From Candidatus Harrisonbacteria bacterium (GTDB lineage Bacteria; Patescibacteriota; Minisyncoccia; UBA6257; UBA11618): 31,463 bases of DNA. Shown here one piece after another: positions 6,619 through 16,458 of this stretch. The notes under the pieces were generated by a model. The model was not told the origin of the DNA. It made no database searches and saw nothing but the letters and a program-made list of their open reading frames with translations. Position numbers and translations under genes: made by a program. The first letter of the stretch is position 1. Each line of letters starts with the position of its first letter. The stretch is taken from positions 1 through 31,463 of the forward strand of contig JAHFLM010000001.1 of assembly GCA_023244865.1 (NCBI GenBank). Reading direction: 5' to 3'.

Positions 6619-7485
6619 GTGAACATCTGCACTCTTCACGAAGAAAAATTAAAGTTTTTAGAAGAGAAAGCGGCCGCGATTCGCTACGACCTGATCGAGG
6701 CCGTCATTAACGCTGGCTCGGGCCACATCGCTGGCCCCCTTGGCATGGCGGACATTTTTTCCGCCCTCTATTTTCATATTTTAAATCACAATCCCAAGCG
6801 TCCTAATTGGGCCGACCGTGATCGCGTGGTTTTAAGCAATGGCCATATTTGCCCCGTGCTTTACGCCACTCTCGCCCACGCCGGCTATTTTCCAATTAAA
6901 GAATTAGAAACTCTTCGCAAGCTCGGTTCCCGTCTCCAAGGCCACCCACATCGCGGCTCCTGCCCCGGTGTCGAAACCACTTCCGGCCCCCTCGGCTCCG
7001 GCCTCTCTCAGGCCGCCGGTCTCGCTTTGGCCGCCCGCCTTAATCAAGAAACTCACTACACCTACTGCCTTCTTTCCGATGGCGAACACGAGGAGGGGAA
7101 TCTTTGGGAGGCTGCTATGTTTATCGCCAAAAATAAATTAAATAACTTAATCGCCATCGTAGACCGTAACAATATTCAAATCGACGGCATGACCGAAACC
7201 GTCATGCCGCTCGAGCCGCTCGGCAAAAAATACGAAGCTTTTAACTGGCAGGTTTTGGAAATCGACGGCCACAACATCAAGCAATTTGTCGACGCCGTTA
7301 ACATCGCCAAAGCTACTTACGAAAAACCCACCGTTATTATCGCGCACACTATCCCAGGCAAAGGCGTAGATTTTATGGAGTATGATTATCACTGGCACAG
7401 CAAAACCTTTTCCAAAGATGAAGCCAAGCTCGCTCTTTCCGAACTCCGCACTCTCAAAGGCCGCATCCAAAGCGAACACCAATAA
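6619..7485 (+). CDS. tkt: transketolase, N-terminal (TPP-binding) subunit
   Basis: GSGH, DRVVLSNGH, LQGHP, SGPLGSGLS and SDGEHEEG motifs. GTG at 6619 is the likely start; the longer ORF runs through a repeat. Confidence 0.92.
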   Translation: MNICTLHEEKLKFLEEKAAAIRYDLIEAVINAGSGHIAGPLGMADIFSALYFHILNHNPKRPNWADRDRVVLSNGHICPVLYATLAHAGYFPIKELETLRKLGSRLQGHPHRGSCPGVETTSGPLGSGLSQAAGLALAARLNQETHYTYCLLSDGEHEEGNLWEAAMFIAKNKLNNLIAIVDRNNIQIDGMTETVMPLEPLGKKYEAFNWQVLEIDGHNIKQFVDAVNIAKATYEKPTVIIAHTIPGKGVDFMEYDYHWHSKTFSKDEAKLALSELRTLKGRIQSEHQ

Positions 7486-7530
7486 CACGAGACATGAGCC
7501 ACTTAACACGAATCATAATACATAACAGCT

Positions 7531-7648
7531 TGTCATTCAGAGCCCAATTCCGTTTGATTCTCCAAAGAATCAATTCGGAATTGAGGCGTGGAATCTTCCA
7601 TGTCTTTCAGTTAACAATGACTAGATTCCTGCCTCCGCAGGAATGACA
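7531..7648. repeat. composite (BIME-like) repeat: family A copy 7531-7596 plus inverted short palindrome 7623-7648
   Basis: Same arrangement as 12239-12356. Confidence 0.8.
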
Positions 7649-7658
7649 AGCTAAACCC

Positions 7659-8639
7659 ATGCTCAACCCTAAACTAAAACTCAATCCTAAGCTTTTTGAT
7701 AAAAAAGTAGAGCAACTCCCAACTCGCAATGGCTATGGCGAAGGTTTATTAGAATTGGGCGACACGCACGAAGATGTCGTCGCTCTTTGCGCCGACCTCA
7801 CCGAATCCACTCGCACTGAAGCCTTTGTGAAAAAATTCCCAAACAGATTTTTTGAAATGGGTGTTGCCGAACAAAACTTAGCCACAGTCGCCGCCGGCCT
7901 CGGTATCTCCGGCAAAATTCCTTTCATCACTTCCTACGCCACCTTCTCCCCCGGCCGCAATTGGGAACAAATCAGGACCACGATTTGCTACAACAACAGC
8001 AACGTCAAAGTCGTCGGTTGCCACACCGGCCTTTCCGTCGGCCCCGATGGCGCTACCCACCAAGCTCTCGAAGACATTGCTCTAATGCGCGTTCTCCCCA
8101 ACATGAAAGTTTTTGTGCCGTGCGACATGCTCGAAGCGAAAAAAATCACCAAAGCCATCGCCGACGTCTATGGCCCTTGCTACTTAAGACTCACTCGCGA
8201 AAAAACTCCAGTGATCACCACCGAAAAATCACCATTCACTTTAGGTAAAGGCGATATCTTTTGGCAAAGTAAAAATCCGAAAGTAGCCATCTTTGCTGCC
8301 GGCCCGGTTATTTACGAAGCCCTTCTCGCCGCCCGAGATTTGGAAAAAGAAAAAATCGAGGTAGAGGTCATCTGCCTCCATAGCGTTAAGCCTCTCGACC
8401 ATCATTTAATTTTAGATAGCGCAAAAAAGGTCAAAGGGGTCGTCGTCGTCGAAGAGCATCAAGTCGCTGGTGGTTTGGGCAGCGCCATCGCCGAACTTTT
8501 AGCGCAGTCACTGCCTAAGCCCATGAAATTCATTGGCATAGAAGACAGTTTTGGCGAGAGTGGCACCCCAGAGGAACTTTTGTTAAAATATGGCATATCA
8601 GGCGAAAGAATTAAGGCAGCCGTTAAAAAGCTTCTTTAA
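7659..8639 (+). CDS. tkt: transketolase, C-terminal subunit
   Basis: ADL..ST, EMGVAEQN, GPDGATHQ and EEHQ..GGLGS motifs. Confidence 0.92.
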   Translation: MLNPKLKLNPKLFDKKVEQLPTRNGYGEGLLELGDTHEDVVALCADLTESTRTEAFVKKFPNRFFEMGVAEQNLATVAAGLGISGKIPFITSYATFSPGRNWEQIRTTICYNNSNVKVVGCHTGLSVGPDGATHQALEDIALMRVLPNMKVFVPCDMLEAKKITKAIADVYGPCYLRLTREKTPVITTEKSPFTLGKGDIFWQSKNPKVAIFAAGPVIYEALLAARDLEKEKIEVEVICLHSVKPLDHHLILDSAKKVKGVVVVEEHQVAGGLGSAIAELLAQSLPKPMKFIGIEDSFGESGTPEELLLKYGISGERIKAAVKKLL

Positions 8640-8655
8640 TCAAATCAACCCATTT

Positions 8656-9675
8656 ATGTATCGCGTTATTACTTTAGGTGGAGCCACTTATGATGTGTTT
8701 TTAAAAAGCGAGGCCTTTCGGGAAGTTTCCGACCCTCATTTTAAAGGTGATAGTGATTTCCCTGGCGGTGTCGCCGAATGTTTTGCCTTAGGCAGTAAAA
8801 TTGCTCTCGATGAAATTATTAAAACCACAGGCGGTGGCGGGACTAACGCCGCCGTCACTTTTGCTCGCCAAGGTTTAAAGACCGCTGCCATTTACAAAGT
8901 CGGTCGCGATGTTTTTGGCGGTGAAATTATTAATGAACTCACCACCGAAAATGTAAAAAGTTTTGCGAACATCGACCCCAAAGAACCAACCGGCTATTCC
9001 ACCATTCTTTTAAGTCCGACAGGGGAGCGAACAGTTTTAGTTTACCGGGGTGCTGGTGGTAAATTAAGTCCCGCCGAAATTCCTTTAGAAAAACTTCGTT
9101 GTGATTGGCTTTATGTGACCCCGGGCAATATTCCTCTTAAAGTTTTAGAAAAAGTTTTAGACTACGCTGATCGTAAAGAAATTTTCGTGGCCATGAATCC
9201 TTCGGGCTTTTACATCGAGCAGGGGATTAAGACCTTGGCTGAACTTTTTAAAAATATTAAAGTTTTAATTTTAAACCAAGACGAAGCCGCTGAACTTACT
9301 AACTTACCCAACGAAGCATCGCGCCCTATTTTAGACAAACTCTGCGAATATTTTAAATGCATGGTCGTGATGACCAATGGCAAGCACGGCGCCCTAGTGA
9401 AGGCCGAAGATAAGCTTTATGAAGTCGGCACCTTCAAAGAAAAGGCGATCGTGGATAGGACCGGCGCCGGTGACGCCTTCGGTTCCGGCTTCGTCGCCGG
9501 CCTAATCGAAAAGCACGGCAAAGACATCGAATACGCCATCCGCCTCGCCTCCGCGAACGCCACTTCCGTAGTAGAAGTCATCGGCGCCAAACCCGGCATC
9601 CTCACCAACCGCGCATTCGAAAACAGCCCCCGTTTCAAAAAACTAACGATCAAGAAGTCTAATTATTCTAGTTAG
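8656..9675 (+). CDS. PfkB-family carbohydrate kinase
   Basis: GGGGTNAA and DRTGAGDAFGSGF signatures; ATG at 8656 is the likely start. Confidence 0.88.
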   Translation: MYRVITLGGATYDVFLKSEAFREVSDPHFKGDSDFPGGVAECFALGSKIALDEIIKTTGGGGTNAAVTFARQGLKTAAIYKVGRDVFGGEIINELTTENVKSFANIDPKEPTGYSTILLSPTGERTVLVYRGAGGKLSPAEIPLEKLRCDWLYVTPGNIPLKVLEKVLDYADRKEIFVAMNPSGFYIEQGIKTLAELFKNIKVLILNQDEAAELTNLPNEASRPILDKLCEYFKCMVVMTNGKHGALVKAEDKLYEVGTFKEKAIVDRTGAGDAFGSGFVAGLIEKHGKDIEYAIRLASANATSVVEVIGAKPGILTNRAFENSPRFKKLTIKKSNYSS

Positions 9676-9689
9676 TTTACTTTTTAAAC

Positions 9690-9753
9690 TGTCATTCAGA
9701 GCCCAATTCCATTTGATTCGTTAGGATCAAATTGGAATTGAGGCATGGAATCT
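9690..9753 (+). repeat. family A palindromic repeat
   Basis: Same end motifs as the other copies, with compensatory changes in the inner stem. Confidence 0.8.
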
Positions 9754-9827
9754 ACTCAATATCTAAAACAAATTTAATCGCATTTTACAAGCAAAAACCC
9801 CTTATTTTAAGCCTGTCCTATGTTATA

Positions 9828-9857
9828 TTGACTTTTTACTATATTTTGTGGTATAAT
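9828..9857 (+). promoter_or_regulatory. sigma70-type promoter
   Basis: TTGACT, 18 nt, TATAAT preceded by TGG. Confidence 0.55.
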
Positions 9858-9932
9858 CAAGATAGAACACAAACAGGCGCGTTGTCTGAAAAATTTAGCG
9901 TTTCTCAACTCATTTCGCAAAGGAACCATGTT

Positions 9933-10457
9933 ATGAAACTTGAATGGAAAGCGACCCAGTGGAAAGAAGAAGAGCCTGGCATTATTACTTTCAGTCTGGA
10001 ACCGGAGGTTCTCTCTGGTTCAGAATGGGAGAGGGATTTGTTTGATTCTGGCAGTTGCCAGAACTTCTCACCTGACGCATTGATCATGCTCAATCACGCC
10101 GACTTCAAGTCGACGCCTGAGCCGGTCAATGTCACCGTCATGAAGGGTCGGATATTTCACGACCTATCGAGATTTGAAAGGCCAAGCATCGGCGTTCTTC
10201 GGGCAGAGGCTCGAAGACGAGGTCTTCGGGATCCCAATCCCGACCTTGCCTGTCTGATGCGTCAAGCTTTTCCTAACTCGGAGGTGCGGAAGATGGGTCT
10301 TCGATGGCTCGTAGCTGCCCATAAACCGATCATCGTTCATGGTGGTGAGCGCCTCCTTGGTAGTTACTGCATGAACGACTACCCGTGTGTGAGCGCCTTC
10401 GTTGGTGAACATAGCTACGGATTTCTGGGTGGCGACGGATTTGCCTTCATCGGCTAA
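9933..10457 (+). CDS. hypothetical protein (~174 aa)
   Basis: ATG at 9933 behind AAAGGA. The upstream ORF extension crosses a repeat and a promoter. Confidence 0.7.
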   Translation: MKLEWKATQWKEEEPGIITFSLEPEVLSGSEWERDLFDSGSCQNFSPDALIMLNHADFKSTPEPVNVTVMKGRIFHDLSRFERPSIGVLRAEARRRGLRDPNPDLACLMRQAFPNSEVRKMGLRWLVAAHKPIIVHGGERLLGSYCMNDYPCVSAFVGEHSYGFLGGDGFAFIG

Positions 10458-10506
10458 TCCAAGAAAGTTCAATTTTCTCAACTCCATTTTGCAAAGGAAA
10501 GTGTCT

Positions 10507-10809
10507 ATGGTTTGCACACCTGCTAATCTGGCTGACTTCGAATTTCGGACGCAGTACACGGTCATCAATTGTCCGACTCGTCACGAAATCGGCCTCGCGG
10601 TTGTGGACGGCAAGCTCATCATTGTTACCGTTGAAGATAGCGAGCCAAAGCTCCTTACGCTTCAAGCTCTCGAGCTTCACAATGAGGGCTCTGGTCATCT
10701 TGAGCTCGTTGGTCCCGTTCCCGATCGTGACGATCTTGAATTCGTTGCCAATCTCATTCCCGAGAGCCGCACCGGCTGGGTCATGATCCGCCTGATCGAG
10801 AACCCCTAG
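10507..10809 (+). CDS. hypothetical protein (~100 aa)
   Basis: ATG at 10507 behind AAAGGA; followed by a terminator. Confidence 0.65.
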   Translation: MVCTPANLADFEFRTQYTVINCPTRHEIGLAVVDGKLIIVTVEDSEPKLLTLQALELHNEGSGHLELVGPVPDRDDLEFVANLIPESRTGWVMIRLIENP

Positions 10810-10839
10810 CTCGAAGTAGTTCGATCGACGCTAACCCCA

Positions 10840-10870
10840 AGGCCTCACGTCAAAAAACGTGAGGCCTTTT
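10840..10870 (+). terminator. intrinsic terminator
   Basis: aaggcctcacgt/acgtgaggcctt stem followed by a T-run. Confidence 0.8.
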
Positions 10871-10946
10871 TATTCCTCACTTGTCTTGTGTTATGTGTCT
10901 CGTGCCTCGTGATTCCCTCATGCTATAATTTAAGTAGTTATTGCCC

Positions 10947-12197
10947 ATGAAAAATTATCAGGATTTTTTATCTAAAATTCTTCGTATTCCGAAAATCTCC
11001 TTCCAAAATTTGGAGGCTGATTTGGAAAAAGTTTCTGGTGAGGCTGGTGTTTTGGAAAAACTTTACGAAAAAAACCAGCAGATTATTTTAGAAAAAATGA
11101 ATGTCTTGGGTTTGCGTCGTGACGCTTCCGCTTTTGAAATTTACGATGCCTTGTTGAGTAAAATCGACGCTGATGATTTTTCTCTCGTTGAGCGAATTGG
11201 TCACCGTCATCAAAAAGGCTTTGAAGCTTCGCAAACCATCGCTAATTTTGTGGCCCAAATGCACCCCATGCCCACCGGCTTTTTCTTGAAGCGTGATAAA
11301 GCCAAAGAACTTTTAGCCAAAGAGCCACCTTTAAAAATCATGGCCTTCCTTGGCTATTCGAGAGTAGAAGATATGCTCGCCAAAGAAAATCTCGACGAGG
11401 TTTATAGCGCCCTAAGATTTATCGAAGACACCGAATGGCAAAATAATATTTTCTTTAGGCAATATGAATCTTTAAAGCCAAGCGATTTTGAAAACCGTCC
11501 CATTGAACTCAAGCCTTTAAGTGAAAAATGGGTGCCTTCTGCGCAAAACTTTATTAAGAAAAAGTATCACAACGTGAGCCACTTGAAAGAGCTCGGTGTG
11601 ATTTTTATTATTCCGTCTTTCCTCGGCGTGTCTGGCGAAGCCTTGCGCCTCGTCGCCTTACTTTCTCACTACCTCTACGAAATTTCTTACTACTCCACTA
11701 TTTTTGAAAGAGAATTAGCTGAAGACGAAGTTACTTTTGCTTTTAACCTGATTTCCACTTTAAGAGGGGACACGATTCAAAAAAGATTACCCGAAGATTT
11801 AACCGAAGCTCGTCGCCCCAGATTTTTAGTCATTCAAAGATATTTGGCTAAAGATGATGAAAATGATTGGCGCTTGTTTGAGCCACGCATTAATCCTGAA
11901 GCTTTGCATTGGCTTCGTGCCGAGGCCGACATTGTGAAGCTCGACCGTGGCTTAGAATTTTGGAAAGACACTGGCTGGGTCGCCGACTTTTTCAAAACCG
12001 AAGTTGGTGTAGAAGTATTAGTCAGTTTTGATTTAGTCGACACTGTGATGGAGCTCGTGAAGGCGCGTGAGATGACTAAATATTTGTATCACGAGCAAGA
12101 AGCTCTCTGGAATCAAATCTTCATAGAATATTTTAGCCCTGAAGAATTAGAAAGATTGTCGCAAGAAAATATCGTGAAAGGCTGGTTTGAAATATAA
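10947..12197 (+). CDS. hypothetical protein (~416 aa)
   Basis: Long ORF with host-like codon usage, TGcTATAAT upstream, located within the sugar-metabolism cluster; function not recognised. Confidence 0.75.
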   Translation: MKNYQDFLSKILRIPKISFQNLEADLEKVSGEAGVLEKLYEKNQQIILEKMNVLGLRRDASAFEIYDALLSKIDADDFSLVERIGHRHQKGFEASQTIANFVAQMHPMPTGFFLKRDKAKELLAKEPPLKIMAFLGYSRVEDMLAKENLDEVYSALRFIEDTEWQNNIFFRQYESLKPSDFENRPIELKPLSEKWVPSAQNFIKKKYHNVSHLKELGVIFIIPSFLGVSGEALRLVALLSHYLYEISYYSTIFERELAEDEVTFAFNLISTLRGDTIQKRLPEDLTEARRPRFLVIQRYLAKDDENDWRLFEPRINPEALHWLRAEADIVKLDRGLEFWKDTGWVADFFKTEVGVEVLVSFDLVDTVMELVKAREMTKYLYHEQEALWNQIFIEYFSPEELERLSQENIVKGWFEI

Positions 12198-12238
12198 AAC
12201 ACAAGACATGAGTCACGTATCACATAACACAATACCCA

Positions 12239-12356
12239 TGTCATTCAGAGCCCAATTCCGTTTGATTCCCCAAAGAATCAATTCGGAATCGAGGTGTGGA
12301 ATCTTCTTCGTCTACCACCAATCAACGATTAGATTCCTGCCTCCGCAGGAATGACA
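12239..12356. repeat. composite repeat: family A copy 12239-12304 plus inverted short palindrome 12331-12356
   Basis: Near-identical to 7531-7648. Confidence 0.8.
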
Positions 12357-12362
12357 AAATAC

Positions 12363-13223
12363 ATGACTAACCTTCTAGACTTAATAAAAAAATATCAATC
12401 GCAGAAAAAAGCTATCGGTCATTTTAATTTTGCCGAGAGCTCGGTTTTCAAAGCGATCTTGGAATGCTCACGCGAACTTTCAGTGCCGATCATTTTAGGC
12501 ACCTCGGAAGGCGAGCGAGATTTTTTAAGCGTCTCTCAGGCGGTAGCTTGGGTGAAAGCCGCGCGTCATGATGGCTACGAAGTTTTCTTAAACGCCGATC
12601 ACACTAAGTCTTTCGACAAAGCCATTGAAGCTATCAACGCTGGTTACGACGCCGTGCTTTTTGACGGTGGCCATTTACCCCTCGAAGAAAATATTAAAAT
12701 CACAAAGCGTGTTGTTGAATATGCTAAAGCTAAAAATCCTAATATCGTTATTGAAGGCGAGCTTGGTTACATTGGCAATTCTTCTAAGCTCTTGAAAGAA
12801 CTTCCAGAAGGTGCCGCAGTTTTAGCTAACCAATTAACCAAAGCTCTCGAGGCTAAACATTTCGTAGAAGAAACCGGCGTGGACATGTTAGCTCCAGCTG
12901 TCGGCAACATCCACGGCATGCTCATTCACGCCAAAGAGCCAGACCTTAATATTGGAAGAATTAAAGAAATTAAAGAGTTGGTTTCTATTCCGCTCGTGCT
13001 TCATGGTGCCTCCGGTAATTCCGATTCAGACATCCAAAGAGCCGTTCATGCCGGCGTCAGCATTGTTCATATTAATACCGAAATTCGCCTGGCTTGGCGC
13101 AACGCCCTCGACGCCGCCCTTCTCAAAGACACCGACGAAATCTCCCCCTATAAACTCTTAGAAGCTCCTATCGTAGAAGTTAAAAGAGTGATCCGCCACA
13201 AGCTCAGCCTTTATTCGAAGTAG
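12363..13223 (+). CDS. fba: class II fructose-bisphosphate aldolase family
   Basis: AIGHFN, NADH, DGGHLP, EGELG, GNIHG, LVLHGASG and INT motifs; ATG at 12363 lies just after the repeat. Confidence 0.88.
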   Translation: MTNLLDLIKKYQSQKKAIGHFNFAESSVFKAILECSRELSVPIILGTSEGERDFLSVSQAVAWVKAARHDGYEVFLNADHTKSFDKAIEAINAGYDAVLFDGGHLPLEENIKITKRVVEYAKAKNPNIVIEGELGYIGNSSKLLKELPEGAAVLANQLTKALEAKHFVEETGVDMLAPAVGNIHGMLIHAKEPDLNIGRIKEIKELVSIPLVLHGASGNSDSDIQRAVHAGVSIVHINTEIRLAWRNALDAALLKDTDEISPYKLLEAPIVEVKRVIRHKLSLYSK

Positions 13224-13303
13224 CCCCCATATTCTCGGAATTAGAACTCAAGATGACAGGTAAAGGGTAACTTGCTTTTTTGGCTCTCTTATGTTAATAA
13301 TTA

Positions 13304-14011
13304 ATGACTATGCAATTATCTGCTGATGTAAGAAATATTTTCGGTAAGCGTCTCAACGCTTCTAGGGTCGCTGGTTTAGTGCCCGCCGAGCTTTATGGTT
13401 TTGAAGTTAAGAACCTCCATCTTTTTGTTACTTTGAAAGAGCTTAAAAAGGCTTTGAAAGAAGTAGGGGAAAACTCTGTTATCGATCTTCAAGTAAAGGG
13501 TGATGGCAAAGAAGCTACTCATCCAGTTTTAATCCAAGGTTTGCAAAAACATCCAGTCTCCGATGAATTAATCGGCGTGGATTTTTACGAGGTAGACATG
13601 AAGAAGGAAACCGAGGCTAATATTCCTGTGGAGTTGGTTGGTGAAGCGCCAGCCGTTAAGCTCCACGCTGGTATTTTAGTAAAGGTGTTGCAAGAAATCG
13701 AAGTCCGAGCTTTACCTATCAATCTCCCATCAAAAATCTTAGTTAATCTTTCCAGTCTTACAGAGATCAACCAATCTTTAATGGTAAAGGATTTAGATCT
13801 ATCCCAATTCGCCGGAAAAAATGTTAAAATCTTAACTGAGCCAGACAGCACAATCGTGATTGTTAAAGCTCAAATGACCGAAGAGGAAGAAGCCGCCTTA
13901 GTAGCTGCAAACTCCACTGGTGTGGATGCCGTTAAGGTAGAAGCCGAAGAAAAGAAGAAAGCTGAAGAAGCTAACGCCGCTGTTTCTGCCGAAGCCCCTG
14001 CTAAGAAGTAG
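13304..14011 (+). CDS. rplY: 50S ribosomal protein L25 / general stress protein Ctc
   Basis: PAELYG, Q.HPV, VDFYEV, PVELVGEAPAVK motifs and an acidic/Ala-rich tail. Confidence 0.92.
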   Translation: MTMQLSADVRNIFGKRLNASRVAGLVPAELYGFEVKNLHLFVTLKELKKALKEVGENSVIDLQVKGDGKEATHPVLIQGLQKHPVSDELIGVDFYEVDMKKETEANIPVELVGEAPAVKLHAGILVKVLQEIEVRALPINLPSKILVNLSSLTEINQSLMVKDLDLSQFAGKNVKILTEPDSTIVIVKAQMTEEEEAALVAANSTGVDAVKVEAEEKKKAEEANAAVSAEAPAKK

Positions 14012-14039
14012 GCACTCTTTCTCATAATTTATTTTACAT

Positions 14040-15377
14040 ATGCCTGTCTTTAAACGACCTCATTTTTTAGCGTCAATTTTTTTGCTATTTGTTTTATTCT
14101 CTTCGGCTTTTGCCGCCACAACTCCTGTCAGTAACGAAGACCGCAAGGTCTTGGAGCAACAGCTTATTGAGCTAGAGAAGCAAATTAACCAAACCGAAAC
14201 CCTGGTCACTGGCTTCAAAGAGAAGGGAAAAACTTTAAATAAAGAAATCGGTGGCCTAGATAAAGAAATCACTAAAACTAACCTTCAAATTAAGGCGATT
14301 GATTTGACGATCAATAAAATCAATCAAGAAGTTAGAGAAAATGAGGGTAAAATTTCTGCGACTGAAATTCAACTTAACAATAAAAAGGAAGCTCTCTCTA
14401 GCACTTTAAACGCGCTTTACGATCAAGAGAGCACGAGTCTAATCGAAATTTTAATTAGTAGTCATTCACTTTCTAGTTTTTTTGATAACTTAAATAGCCT
14501 AGAGTCTTTGCAGAGTAATTTAGGTGAGGTGCTCGATGATGTCGAGAAAGCTCGAGACGAACTAGTTGATCAAAAGCAGGACTTAGCTCTAAAGAAAACA
14601 GACCAAGGTAACTTGAGACAGTTCCGAGATCAATCCAAAAAAGAATTAGAGGAAAACAAGCTAGAAAAGAAAGACTTGTTGGCGATTACAAAGGGGAAAG
14701 AATCGGCCTACCAAGAGATTGTGACTATTTCTAAAAAGACGGCGGCTCAAATTAGAAATCGAATCTTCGAATTCTTGGGCGGTGGCCAGCTCTCTTTTGA
14801 GGACGCGTATAAATTAGCCAAGCAGGCAGGGGATTTGACCGGCATGCAACCCGCCATGATTCTAGCTGTACTTGATAGGGAGTCTGCTTTTGGCCAAAAT
14901 GTGGGTCGCTGCAAGTATCAAGGTGCGATGCATCCCAAAAGAGACATCCCTATCTTTCTTGCCATCACTAAGGCCCTGGGTTTAGATCCTGACACGATGC
15001 TTGTCTCTTGTGCTAATAAGGACGGTGCCTACGGTGGCGCCATGGGCCCAACTCAGTTTATTCCCTCCACTTGGCAACTTTATTCCGATGAAATTGGTTC
15101 TTTAACTGGCAATATTCCCCCTTCGCCATGGCGAAATCTCGACGCCTTTGTCGGTACCGGCCTTTATTTAAGCGACTCTTTTAATTCTTCGGCTTGTATC
15201 AATTACAGTAAACAAATTCCCGGAGAGGCTTTACTTTTAAGGAATCGTTGCACCGCGGCTAAGTATTATGCCGGCAGTCGCTGGATGACTTATCGTCTCA
15301 CCTATGGCGACAAAGTTGCTCGCAAAGCTCAGGAATTTGAAGAGGATATCAAGAGCATCACCGCTGCCAACAACTAA
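14040..15377 (+). CDS. secreted coiled-coil protein with a C-terminal lytic transglycosylase (MltB/SLT_2-like) domain
   Basis: Signal peptide, long heptad region, then RESAFG and GAMGPTQFIPSTW motifs. Confidence 0.8.
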   Translation: MPVFKRPHFLASIFLLFVLFSSAFAATTPVSNEDRKVLEQQLIELEKQINQTETLVTGFKEKGKTLNKEIGGLDKEITKTNLQIKAIDLTINKINQEVRENEGKISATEIQLNNKKEALSSTLNALYDQESTSLIEILISSHSLSSFFDNLNSLESLQSNLGEVLDDVEKARDELVDQKQDLALKKTDQGNLRQFRDQSKKELEENKLEKKDLLAITKGKESAYQEIVTISKKTAAQIRNRIFEFLGGGQLSFEDAYKLAKQAGDLTGMQPAMILAVLDRESAFGQNVGRCKYQGAMHPKRDIPIFLAITKALGLDPDTMLVSCANKDGAYGGAMGPTQFIPSTWQLYSDEIGSLTGNIPPSPWRNLDAFVGTGLYLSDSFNSSACINYSKQIPGEALLLRNRCTAAKYYAGSRWMTYRLTYGDKVARKAQEFEEDIKSITAANN

Positions 15378-15397
15378 TAAAATGTTATTATTATAAT

Positions 15398-16300
15398 ATG
15401 AAGCGTTTTTGTTATTGCTTTATTTTTTTAGCCATCATCACCTTAAGTTTAGTGGTTGCCGCTAACCCAACTAATCCGAATTCTCTTCCAGATAATCAAA
15501 ACTACGCTGAGACACGAGAGGTTAAAACAGGCTTCTTTAATTTTCTTAAAAGAATTTTATTTGGTACAGATAATTTCGGGGACGGAGAGACATCTGAGGT
15601 TAACCTTTTAAGTACTCCAGAAATCAATAAAGCCGATCAAGCTTTGGGTTTTAGGCGACTTCTTAACGATGCCGATAAACAAATCAATGAGATAGATAAG
15701 CATCTTACCTACATAACCAAGACTTTCAATAAAACCAATCTCAATAATGCTAGCGAGGTTTTGAAGAAGCTAAATTTTAAATTAGCCGATCTCAAATCTT
15801 TATCAGTCAATTTAAGGAGTCAGCTAAATACCCCAGATTTCGATTACGATGATTCTTCAGTTTTGCTAAAAGACCATCTCTTAGTCGATTTAAAAGACTT
15901 TCGTTCCAACCTTTTTATTTTTGAGAATTTAGAAAATTATTCTAAGTCTATTAAGAGTTTTGAAAAAGATTTATCTCGCCTAAAAACCAAACTCGATTTT
16001 CTGACCAAGCAAAAGAAAGATACCAAGGAAGCCGAAGCTTTAGCTAGGGAAATTTTTTCCAACCTAGAAGATTTTAAAGGCTATCTTTCTCTCAGTGAAG
16101 AATTAGATTATGAAAAGATTTTTAATTTTGAATCTTCTCTTGAGAAAAATAAGAATACTTTAAGCGACGAACTCTTCACCCTTCAGGGTTATATTAAAAA
16201 AGATGATTTAAGCAGAGTAGAAAGAGGGGAACGCGATAGCGCGAGAGCCTTCAATCCATCCAACCTCGGCGCCTCAGCCTTGCGCATCCTTTACCGCTAA
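15398..16300 (+). CDS. hypothetical secreted or membrane-anchored helical protein
   Basis: N-terminal hydrophobic segment and a coiled-coil-like body. Confidence 0.7.
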   Translation: MKRFCYCFIFLAIITLSLVVAANPTNPNSLPDNQNYAETREVKTGFFNFLKRILFGTDNFGDGETSEVNLLSTPEINKADQALGFRRLLNDADKQINEIDKHLTYITKTFNKTNLNNASEVLKKLNFKLADLKSLSVNLRSQLNTPDFDYDDSSVLLKDHLLVDLKDFRSNLFIFENLENYSKSIKSFEKDLSRLKTKLDFLTKQKKDTKEAEALAREIFSNLEDFKGYLSLSEELDYEKIFNFESSLEKNKNTLSDELFTLQGYIKKDDLSRVERGERDSARAFNPSNLGASALRILYR

Positions 16301-16349
16301 CTTATCCACCGACATTGACAGATTGACTGTTATTTCATAATCTTAAATT

Positions 16350-16413
16350 AGGTCTTCTTTCGGAGGGGGGGTGATCCACGGTCTAACCGGCAGCCTAAGG
16401 CGCCGGTTTTTTT
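16350..16413 (+). ncRNA. candidate ~65-nt small RNA
   Basis: TTGACA (16315-16320), 17 nt, TAATCT (16338-16343), then a short hairpin, GGGGGGGTGATCCA, and a terminator aaccggc/gccggtt plus T-run; the next gene is convergent. Confidence 0.5.
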
Positions 16414-16458
16414 ATTCCCCACCTAACCACCACCCACCAAGTTTTAAAAATAAACTTT

